Shown: positions 42,389-51,200 of the stretch, piece after piece
How positions within the stretch are numbered: the stretch's first letter is position 1
Layout: the number at the start of each line of letters is the position of its first letter
NCBI GenBank assembly: GCA_964613985.1
Contig: CAZTJD010000009.1
Span: 859-64,858 of the forward strand
Direction: 5' to 3'
From: an uncultured Anaerolineales bacterium
GTDB lineage: Bacteria > Chloroflexota > Anaerolineae > Anaerolineales > UBA11858
Length of the DNA: 64,000 nt
Notes under the pieces: model-generated
What the model was told of the DNA's origin: nothing
The model's database searches: none
The model's input: only the letters and a program-made list of their open reading frames with translations
Translations under genes and position numbers: made by a program

Positions 42389-44491
42389 CTAGGCCCGAAC
42401 GCCACCTTCGTAGAAGAAGGCTTCAGGATGATAGGTTGATAGGCCGTAAGTGTCCCAGCCGATTGTTGCTTTAGGTCGCGGCAGGTTTCGCAGGTTCTTA
42501 TTGAACAGCAGCGGAGCTGGGATCTCCAAAACTAGTCCAATCTCCAGAGGCTTATCTGCCAGGTAATCGAAGATCATCTGCCCGTACTTGACGCGCTCGT
42601 CTTCACTGACCACCGAGGTAACCTGATCAAAGTAGCCATAAAGCTCTTTGATCTCATCGGGCGGCTGAATCAGGTCTTCTGCCGTGCGGTCAGCCGCATT
42701 GAACCAGTTGTTCCAGGCAGCACAGGCACCTCCCTGCTGGGGGTCACCCGTTGGGATGTACCACTGCGGTTGGACGTGCCATAGCAAATCCGTGCAGCGG
42801 TCGGCATGCCAGATGCCACAATGGGTCTGGAAGTTCTGCATACGTTCGTTGTACAAGGCTTCCTGCATCTCTTTGGCGGAGGTATCGATGCCAATCTCAC
42901 GCCAAAAGGTAGTGGTCATCTCGCAGATTTTAGCGATAGCGGGACCGACGCGAGGACCACAGTGTTCGATCAGGTATGCCAGTCGTTCGCCATCCGGGCG
43001 TAGTCGGAAGCCCTCGGAGTCTCTCTGGTCCAAGCCCATCTCGTCCAGTAGCTGGTTGGCAAGGTCTGGGTCATACTGCGCCCAGGCTTCACCATATTCT
43101 GGTTTGTAGTACTTAGACGAAGGTATTGGGGCTTGTTGTCCCATGCGTGCCAATCCAAAGAACAAGCTTTCGTTGATCTCGCTGCGGTCGATCGCCACAG
43201 ACAGCGCCCGAACCCAGTTCGGATGGTTGACAATCTCAGTCAGTACAGGATCATCGACCAGATAATGCTGCGGGAACAGGACAGGCCTGTCGCTCATGCA
43301 GGAGATAAAATCACCTACCACCCAGGAACTGTCGGCCTCATTCTCCTTATAGAGCGGGAAATTGGCAACCGTGACATCATGCATCCCGACGGCATCTAGT
43401 TGGTCCTGAAGGATCATAAGCTGGGTATTTTCTAAAGTGGAAGAATAATCGTAACGCAGCGTGTCAATGTAGGGCAGCTGGTTGCCTGCCAGGTCCACTT
43501 TCCAATAGTATGGGTTGCGCTCTAACAGGAAGAGGCCTTCTGAGGGGCGCTCAACAATCATCCAGGGGCTTAATACAGGGTAGTTATCCTCTACAATCCA
43601 ATCAGGACCTTGCCATACCCCGGCTCCCCATTGATTAAAGCGTTGGCTTGCTAACTGGACCCAACCCTCAAGACCCAAATCCGCAGCTTTCGCATTCAAT
43701 TCCGCCTCGTCGCCATACTTGGGCAAGTATTGCTTCAAGTAATGGGCGGGGGCGATAAAGCTGTCCCAGTTATTGGGTTCCATACGGGTTATGTGAGCCG
43801 GGAAGTTCCCAAAAGGTGCTGCATGGGTGATTTTGAAAGTGTAATCATCGATGATGTCTACCTTCATATTCTCGCCACCAAAGCGGAACTTCCAGACCAC
43901 ACTCGCATTAAGATCTGTGTTAAGATGAAAATCCTCCCAGTAAAAGCGGACATCTTCGGTTGTGAGTGGCTCACCATCAGAATATTTCATGCCTTTACGC
44001 ATGTAAAATGTATATTCTTTGCCATCGGGAGTAACCTCCCAGCTTTCGATGATATTCCCGACGATGGTGCGCATGTCGAGATCCGTATAGTGCAGGAGAC
44101 GTTCAGCATTCCAGTCGTAGTTGCTGACAAACCAAACTGGGTCAAAGTGTTGCATTCGAACTTCGCCACCGTATACACCGATGGCATCACGCCCCCCTAC
44201 CACGGCTGGATTCTCTGGTAAGCGTTCGTCCACCGGAGGGAGCTCACCAGCAGCAACTTTATCCGCCAGGAAAGGTGGCTCGGCTCTACCCGCCTCCACC
44301 TCCACCTCAACGATCTTGGTTGCCTCAACGATTTTCTCCTTTTCGATCTCAACGATCTGGGTCTCCTTGATCACTTCCGTGATCACTTCTGGTTCGACTG
44401 TCCCAGCACCACAAGCTGTTGCAAGTGCCCCTAGAACTGTCGTAGCCGACATTTTCAAGAAATCTCGGCGTTTAATTTCTGGTGTTTTCAT
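42389..44491 (-). CDS. Large family-5 ABC substrate-binding protein, Tat-signal lipoprotein (probable oligosaccharide binder)
   Basis: MKTPEIKRRDFLKMSATTVLGALATAC combines a twin-arginine motif with a lipobox. An E/V/I/K-rich linker precedes the SBP_bac_5-like body. ATG 44491 follows GGAGG; the ORF opens at 44503. Confidence 0.85.
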   Translation of the reverse strand: MKTPEIKRRDFLKMSATTVLGALATACGAGTVEPEVITEVIKETQIVEIEKEKIVEATKIVEVEVEAGRAEPPFLADKVAAGELPPVDERLPENPAVVGGRDAIGVYGGEVRMQHFDPVWFVSNYDWNAERLLHYTDLDMRTIVGNIIESWEVTPDGKEYTFYMRKGMKYSDGEPLTTEDVRFYWEDFHLNTDLNASVVWKFRFGGENMKVDIIDDYTFKITHAAPFGNFPAHITRMEPNNWDSFIAPAHYLKQYLPKYGDEAELNAKAADLGLEGWVQLASQRFNQWGAGVWQGPDWIVEDNYPVLSPWMIVERPSEGLFLLERNPYYWKVDLAGNQLPYIDTLRYDYSSTLENTQLMILQDQLDAVGMHDVTVANFPLYKENEADSSWVVGDFISCMSDRPVLFPQHYLVDDPVLTEIVNHPNWVRALSVAIDRSEINESLFFGLARMGQQAPIPSSKYYKPEYGEAWAQYDPDLANQLLDEMGLDQRDSEGFRLRPDGERLAYLIEHCGPRVGPAIAKICEMTTTFWREIGIDTSAKEMQEALYNERMQNFQTHCGIWHADRCTDLLWHVQPQWYIPTGDPQQGGACAAWNNWFNAADRTAEDLIQPPDEIKELYGYFDQVTSVVSEDERVKYGQMIFDYLADKPLEIGLVLEIPAPLLFNKNLRNLPRPKATIGWDTYGLSTYHPEAFFYEGGVRA

Positions 44492-44610
44492 TTCTTCCTC
44501 CATTATAAAATTAGATTCTGATTACGACTTAATACAGCATCAAACAACGCCAAACTGGCAATGTTCCCAATATTACTTTATCATCGCTTAGACTGGATTA
44601 CTATCACTTT

Positions 44611-44641
44611 AAGGACACATTATTGAATTTTTAGGACACAT
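44611..44641 (-). promoter_or_regulatory. Direct repeat pair ATGTGTCCT(A/T)AA phased 21 bp apart, candidate AraC-type activator site for the importer operon
   Basis: The minus strand reads gATGTGTCCTAAAAattcaataATGTGTCCTTAAAg. GTCCT cores at 44637-44633 and 44616-44612. The pair lies about 110-150 nt upstream of the SBP start. Confidence 0.45.
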
Positions 44642-44647
44642 CTGGTT

Positions 44648-47236
44648 CTAAATTCTTTCAGCTTGATCTTTGAGATCACGATTGCTAATAGGTTCGAAGT
44701 TGAGGCGCAAGGCATCCTCGCCATATCCAATTTCCATTTGCTTGCAGGGAAATCTGGAGGCGGCGAAGATACTCTCATAATGCTCGTATCCAGAGAGTGG
44801 TTCCTCCTGCCCATCTCGCATGAAAGGTTTATCCCAACCAAAGGTAAGTGTCTCATTCCGCAAAGTCGTACAGCGGACAAATCCATCCTCAAATGCGATG
44901 GGTAAGGCCAATACCTTGTCCTGGAATATACTAAAATCAACATCCAACGCTTTCCGTCCCATGTGGCACAGCCAGACATTGTCTTGTCCGAACGAACGTA
45001 ATTCCCGATAAGCATATTGCCCCCGGCGGATGAGGTCGAATCCTCTGGCGGCAGTTAAAGCCAGATAGCCCTCAGCCTTACGGGCAAAAGCCCAGTTACC
45101 TTGGAAGACATATTCATCGAAGGCATAAATTGGAAAATAAGCATGGGTAAAGCCCATCCAATCATCTTCTGGAAGCTGATAGAATGCAATAAGAATGTCC
45201 TTCCATTGGGCGACTCTCGGCAGGGTGGAATTACCAGCCCAAAAGTTCGCTTGACGGGCATCCTTCTCACTCGTACTTGCCGGATGGGTGACGAAAACCG
45301 TGGCATCTGCGCCTAATGTTGCCTGCCAAATATGCTCTAGTTTTCCATTTTTACCAGGTTTATAATCCTGAGCGGAACAAAGCATTGTATCGGGGGTCTT
45401 GTAGGTAACCTTGTTCACAAACAATTCATCTTCTAACGCATGACGTTCCCGGTTCCATAACTCCTCTGGTCTTGAGTTGGCAATACCGGAGATAACCGAA
45501 GGGAGTTCATACCCGTTCATGCAGGCTAAGCTGACTGTCCCAGCGATATGATGGTTGAAGATTCCAGTCCCCCACATCAGCCGGGTAATACCAGATGTAG
45601 GCTCTAAGTAACCTCCTTTCACAAATGAGGCGTACGTTCGACCGTGGGTCGACCCAAACACACCTTGAAATGAATTGATTGCGATTGTAGTAAAAAGTTT
45701 GTCCATCAAAATTGCTGACATTTCTCGTATAGATTCGTCCTCAGCCAGGTCCACCAGGTGGGCAAGTATGGCAAGATACGATTCGAAAGACACATTCGAA
45801 TCCCAGGCTGAAAATCCTTGGGTACTGCATCGATGCAACCAGTCCAAAATCAGACCAACACCATGTTCACGGTGCCATTGCCCCATTTTCCCAAGATGCG
45901 TGAATGTTCTAACGGGATAAAGCTGCCCTGCCAGGACTTCACTGGCATGTAGCAAGATTTGGTCGCTCTCGCGGTCTCCAGGATCTGCCGTCCATCCTGT
46001 ATCAATTCCAAAAGGGAAACCCAGGATTATTCCCTCGATAGGTTTTAGTAATTCCTTGGGAAACTGCTTGTGATTGCCAAACCGGCATACCATCCCTAAG
46101 ATACCCAATAAATCCAATCCGTGCAGGGTTTTCAAGGTACTAAAGATAATGTCAGTGTCAATCGCTTTCCACTGGTCGAGAACCATTTTGGCGATCTCTG
46201 CAAATAAGCCCTTCTCATTAGAGGCGTTGACCAAGGCTTCCTGACGTCGTTCCTCATACGAACCGTAGGGGAAAGCTGAATACCTTTTTCTACCCAGGTT
46301 CCATAAATTGAACTCGTGCGTTATCCTTAGATCTTGTTCGTAATATTCTCCGATGAGAGGCATCATCAGGATTCTGTAAGGTCCTTCTGGGATTTGGTAG
46401 GGCAGGCTGAGAAAAACCTGGTCGCCTGGGGTTCCATCAACGGTTGCCTCAGCATAAATTCGCCCGGTTGGCGTTTGGAGACGAACCACTGCTGGAGAAG
46501 CCTTTTCCATATCTTCTGTCCAGTGAAGATTAATCTGGCTTTCACCTTGGAAAACATCCTGGAGGATGAATGCGGCTTGATATGCCCGTTCAATATCATT
46601 CCGGCGCGAGATATCGGCGATCAGGGTTGGGATCGTCACGTGAATGCCTGAATACGCAGGGTAAGGTTGCCCGGGTGAAACTGCCTCGCAAACTTGCAAC
46701 GCCATAACATTTGGGCATTGCAGTAGGGCAACTGCCTCAAAACGCACCAATATCTTATTAACACCTTTTTTTAAAAACACTTTGAATGAGGTGCTGCCTG
46801 GGTGTTGATCGAAAAAATGCTCCTGGCGATGTACATGTTCCCAGTTCAGCCAGACATCCGCCGGACCATGAGTGGTCAACACCAGCAACACTTCCTGGTC
46901 CATTTTGCATGTAAGTTGGGTATATGCCCAGGAACGAAGGTAATGAGGGGTAGGATAAGATCCTGAATGGTCAACCTGGTGATCCTCCCGGCAGGTTTGA
47001 TAATCCCATGAACCCTTGTAATCTCCAACCTGAAAGAATCCTTTGGTTAATGGACCTCGTTCAACAGGCGTTTGGTTGATCCCAGACCGGGATTCGAAAA
47101 AATATTGCGCGATCTGCTTCCTGAGATCCTCTCCTTGGAAATTATCGACATCAAACGGAATCCGCTGAGGACCAGCAACCAGCCAGTTGTGAATGTACCC
47201 GTGCTCAAGGTTGTAGTTAACATGGCGATAGCGCAT
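44648..47236 (-). CDS. Conserved-looking 862-aa cytoplasmic protein of unknown function (candidate novel carbohydrate-active enzyme)
   Basis: A long uninterrupted ORF with no signal peptide or TM. By composition it has an N-terminal beta-rich region, a central helix-rich region and a C-terminal beta-rich region. I recognised no catalytic motif. Confidence 0.6.
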   Translation of the reverse strand: MRYRHVNYNLEHGYIHNWLVAGPQRIPFDVDNFQGEDLRKQIAQYFFESRSGINQTPVERGPLTKGFFQVGDYKGSWDYQTCREDHQVDHSGSYPTPHYLRSWAYTQLTCKMDQEVLLVLTTHGPADVWLNWEHVHRQEHFFDQHPGSTSFKVFLKKGVNKILVRFEAVALLQCPNVMALQVCEAVSPGQPYPAYSGIHVTIPTLIADISRRNDIERAYQAAFILQDVFQGESQINLHWTEDMEKASPAVVRLQTPTGRIYAEATVDGTPGDQVFLSLPYQIPEGPYRILMMPLIGEYYEQDLRITHEFNLWNLGRKRYSAFPYGSYEERRQEALVNASNEKGLFAEIAKMVLDQWKAIDTDIIFSTLKTLHGLDLLGILGMVCRFGNHKQFPKELLKPIEGIILGFPFGIDTGWTADPGDRESDQILLHASEVLAGQLYPVRTFTHLGKMGQWHREHGVGLILDWLHRCSTQGFSAWDSNVSFESYLAILAHLVDLAEDESIREMSAILMDKLFTTIAINSFQGVFGSTHGRTYASFVKGGYLEPTSGITRLMWGTGIFNHHIAGTVSLACMNGYELPSVISGIANSRPEELWNRERHALEDELFVNKVTYKTPDTMLCSAQDYKPGKNGKLEHIWQATLGADATVFVTHPASTSEKDARQANFWAGNSTLPRVAQWKDILIAFYQLPEDDWMGFTHAYFPIYAFDEYVFQGNWAFARKAEGYLALTAARGFDLIRRGQYAYRELRSFGQDNVWLCHMGRKALDVDFSIFQDKVLALPIAFEDGFVRCTTLRNETLTFGWDKPFMRDGQEEPLSGYEHYESIFAASRFPCKQMEIGYGEDALRLNFEPISNRDLKDQAERI

Positions 47237-47251
47237 GAGTATGGGTGTCTC

Positions 47252-47698
47252 CTAATCGATACTATTTATCTTTTTATCCCTGACTGCAGCCAATGCCAGG
47301 CCTATACCTAATTCAGATGCGAGAATCAGCCAACGTAGCAGGTCATCACTGCGAATTCCTTGCAGCCAGAAGAGAATTAAATCAACGGCAAAAACACAAA
47401 GCAACAAAGGTCCAGTAACTCTGGCAAAACGCTTGAGTAGAGACTCGTTCCTGGCACCTGTGCGATAAAAATCTTCAGTGATGATGGAAAATACCAACCA
47501 ACCTAAACCAAGGATAACGGTGAACACAATGTTTATAAAATTCACCATCTTTGTATATTCATAATTACCTGTCTTATAAAACAAGGCGAGAAGACCAAGG
47601 AGTACTGTTCTGCTGATATAAGTAAGCCAGCCAGCCAATCCTAGATCCACAATCCATAAAGCATATGCAGTTACATATTTAAGGATTCTTTCCAACAT
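47252..47698 (-). CDS. Small 4-TM membrane protein, unknown function
   Basis: 148 aa with four clear hydrophobic helices. It overlaps the upstream receiver gene by 20 nt. Confidence 0.6.
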   Translation of the reverse strand: MLERILKYVTAYALWIVDLGLAGWLTYISRTVLLGLLALFYKTGNYEYTKMVNFINIVFTVILGLGWLVFSIITEDFYRTGARNESLLKRFARVTGPLLLCVFAVDLILFWLQGIRSDDLLRWLILASELGIGLALAAVRDKKINSID

Positions 47699-48071
47699 AC
47701 TTTTTCGTCAGAATTGATTCCAAGGCGGCTTGGAAATCTGCGTACAATATGGGCATCCGCATGTACATGTCTGCCCCTTCCGCCAATGCAAGGTTCTCTT
47801 CATCCAACCATGAACAGACAATTATCGGTATTCTACCTGCTTCCGGATCGGTTTTCAACTCTCGAAGGATTCGCCAACCAATAGTTTCGGGTACATCAAC
47901 CGCTAACACAATAACAACGGGTTTCTCGCAACGGGCTAAAGCAAGTAGATCATCCCCAAGATTCCCAGCAATAATCTTATAAGCGCTTCTCCGAACATAA
48001 CGCTGCATTAAATACAAGAAATGAGAATTTTCCCCTACGATCATGATACGATTTTTTAAAATCTGGTCCAT
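47679..48071 (-). CDS. Stand-alone receiver (REC) domain protein with degenerate active site
   Basis: 130 aa with a CheY-like pattern. The acidic pair is replaced (IMIVGENSH). The phospho-acceptor-position Asp is present (LAVDVPE). S is at the T/S position (IIVCSW). The conserved Lys-Pro is replaced by RMP. Confidence 0.7.
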   Translation of the reverse strand: MDQILKNRIMIVGENSHFLYLMQRYVRRSAYKIIAGNLGDDLLALARCEKPVVIVLAVDVPETIGWRILRELKTDPEAGRIPIIVCSWLDEENLALAEGADMYMRMPILYADFQAALESILTKKYVGKNP

Positions 48072-48148
48072 CTTACCCTCATGTAAAGAGAGGTGTTTTC
48101 CATACTGGTTTTTTATACTTTACACGGTTGGATGAAATAAATCTTCCA

Positions 48149-48179
48149 TTTTTGGGACGTAGATTAGCACTTCTGGGAC
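48149..48179 (-). promoter_or_regulatory. Direct repeat pair (T/C)GTCCCA(G/A)AA phased 21 bp apart, candidate AraC-type site upstream of the receiver gene
   Basis: The minus strand reads tTGTCCCAGAAgtgctaatctaCGTCCCAAAAatgg. GTCCCA cores at 48178-48173 and 48157-48152. The pair lies about 80-110 nt upstream of ATG 48071. Confidence 0.45.
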
Positions 48180-48251
48180 AAATTAAGATCAGTTTTTTAA
48201 CCCAGTTCGTATGTTTACTGTCGCCTTTAAACTCTCAACCAATCCCTCAGG

Positions 48252-51200
48252 TTATTTGTTGCTATCCAAACACCGACTCTGTAAATAAGCCCGAGGGGAG
48301 ACCCCCACTTGTTCTCGAAAAACACGAGTAAAATAACTGCTGCTAGAAAATCCGACTTCCATAGCTATCTCAGTGATCCCCATTCTGCCTTCATCCAACA
48401 TAACTTTTGCCTGTTTTACACGGTAACGGTTGAGATAAGTGATTGGCGTTATCCCCACTTCCTGACGGAAACAACGCGTCAGGTGGCGTTCACTTAACCC
48501 TACATATTTGGCAACATCGCTACGGGAGACAGGTTCAGTGTAATTGGCATGAATATAAGCCATTGCTTTCAAAGCGAGTCGCTGTATTTCTACACCGGGT
48601 TTACGCTTTCGTTCCAGGGCGTTGGTCAGGTGTTCCAATGTTTCATCAACGCTGAACATGCCTTTCCCGAGTACGCTTGCAGCACCAGCGTTTAGGCGAG
48701 ACATATCTTCATCTGTCAGCATTTGTCCAGTGATCACCACGACTGGGGTGCTGCGGGTTAAATCGTTTTTCCGCATTTCCTCCAATACACCAAAGCCATC
48801 GAGCTCTGGCATCAATAAATCGAGCAGAACCAATGAGGGTCGCTCCTTATAAATCAGTTGCAGCGCTTGGCGCCCATCTCTTGCAAAAAGAATTCGATGG
48901 CCTGGCAATTGAGCTTCAATGATACGGGCATGGAGTTCTAGAATCCCTGGATCATCATCTACAACCAGAATGGCCCTTCCATCATCCCAGGAACCTTCTG
49001 AATTTAACAATCCCTTTGAAGATATCAGTTCCGTCAAGGCGGCCGGTCCAAGTGGCTTGGTCAGATAATCGATTTCCAGGAATGAGACTCCCTCAGCATT
49101 ATCTTTTACTGCATAAAACACGACAGGAATTTCTTTTGTGGCGGGGTTCTCTTTTAGGATTTTAAGAATTTCCCAGCCGCGTTCTGAAGTCAAGCCGAGA
49201 TCGAGCATTACTACATCAGGCGCCGCAAGCAGCAGGTTAGCTAACCAGTCATTGTCTTCCTGTAATAAACACAACTCTGCCTCATAACCGTGTTTAATGA
49301 GGTGTCCTATCAGGTGACCACTACCTTCTTCGTGCTTAACCAACAGGAGTACTCGTTGCGCTTCGGAAAAGGGAACGAACTTTTCTGATAAATTCTCTTG
49401 TCGTTCGAAGATCGGTAAGGAGAAGAAAAACATCGAGCCTCCCCCTTCGTCGCCGGAAGAGTATACGCCAATCTCACCACCATGCATTTCTACCAACTTC
49501 CGGCAAATGGCCAACCCTAAGCCCAAGCCACCATAGCCGCGAGCGGTAGCGCGTTCTGATTGACGGAACTCATCGAAGATCACCTTCTGTTCATGCAGGG
49601 GAATACCCAGGCCTGTATCAATCACGGACACGATAATATGCCCCTTTTCAAGCCTGGCGGTCAGGTTTATTTCTCCACGTGTGGTGAATTTAACCGCATT
49701 GTTGACCAGATTCAGAGCAACCTGGCGTAGACGGGTACGGTCACCCCAAACACGAGGCAGATTTCGAGCAATTTCATCATGCCAAGCCAACCCTTTATCG
49801 CGAGCAAGTTGCTCGCCAATCACGATTACGGCGTCCAAAACTTCAGTTATGTCTAATGGCTCACAAACGAGTTTCAATTGACCCACATCACTGCTAGCAA
49901 GATCCAATACATCCCGAATTAAACCATCCAAATGTTGGGCACTGATGTAAATACGTTGCAGGTCTTCTTTAATACTGATTTGAGGATCCGCCTGGAGATT
50001 TTCCCCGCTTTCATTTGTTTCATCTAATAGAATGTTGCTTAGTCCAGTGATCAGGTTTAGAGGTGTGCGTAATTCATGGCTGACCATAGAAAGAAATCGG
50101 CTTTTCAGGTGATTTGCCTCCTCAGCTAACTGTTGTGCTGCCACAGCCTCCCGGTATAGTCTAACACTTCGCAGCGACGCACCCAATTGCCGTACAATAT
50201 CCGCACAGGGACTCAAGTTGCTGGCATCAAAGGAGACAAATCCGCACACATCATTTTGTATCGTCAAAGGAAGTACTGCTTGTTGGTAAGCTTTTTCTTC
50301 AGGATAAAGTCCCCTGGGAGGGAAACTACGAGTTGGGAAACGATACTCTGGTTCGAGGCGTAATTTCCTATTAAATGAACAACAAGGTGTCTGTAGCACA
50401 CTCCATGCGACAGGATCTTGCTCCTCTTCTTCATAATATCCCACTGAGGCATCATGAATCCCAATCGAAGGCAAGTTCTTGATTAATACATCAAAAATTT
50501 CCTGTTCATCATTTGCAACAAAGAACTTACTGGTCATCAAGCCAACCTGGTCTGCTTCGCGCGCCTGTTTGAGTAAAGCCCGTGTGAATTGCCCAAGAGC
50601 AACCTCACTGATGGCAACGCGCCCCTGGTGAAGTAAATCCTCTTCCTGGTGGACAGAAAGTCGGGTCGAGACTACTTGGTGGATCAAATGGAGTTGGTCT
50701 CGTAAAATTGTGATTGCAGTTTGCCAAGTAAAAAGATCATCTCCACGAATAGACACACGCTGCAGGATCTTCTTAATCATCATTAGAAAGTTCTGTGGAT
50801 TATTCTGTTCCAGACTCAATAAGAACGCTTCTACCAGTTGAGTCACCGTAGAGACAATTTCATCTTTGTTCAACCATAACGATTCTTTGTGAACTGCGGA
50901 GGTCATTTGCTCAATCAAATGAGAAATAACATCGTACGTTTTCCTCTCCTTTTCAACCTTACTGGCTCCTTCATTGTCCTTAGTGCCAAGAACTCCCTGT
51001 AAACATCCACAGGACTCCCGAATCACCAGGTTAGTTGGGATAAGAACCAACTCCTCGTTCACTGATTCTCCTTCGATAGCTCGCAACAAAAGGCCAACGG
51101 ACTGGTAGCCTAAGCCAAACATTGGGTAATGTACTGTGGTGAGAGGTGGGTTTACCGCACGAGCTTCAAGCCGGTCGTCAAAACCGATTATGGCGATATC

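Noticed and set aside
42389-44503. Interpreting the minus-strand Opp-type system (and by extension the locus) as a peptide importer because of family-5 SBP/OppBCDF homology.
   Set aside because: The context is entirely glycosidases with an AraC-output sugar-type regulator. Family-5 systems are known to transport oligosaccharides in several lineages. I kept the generic Opp-type label and flagged the sugar role as inference.
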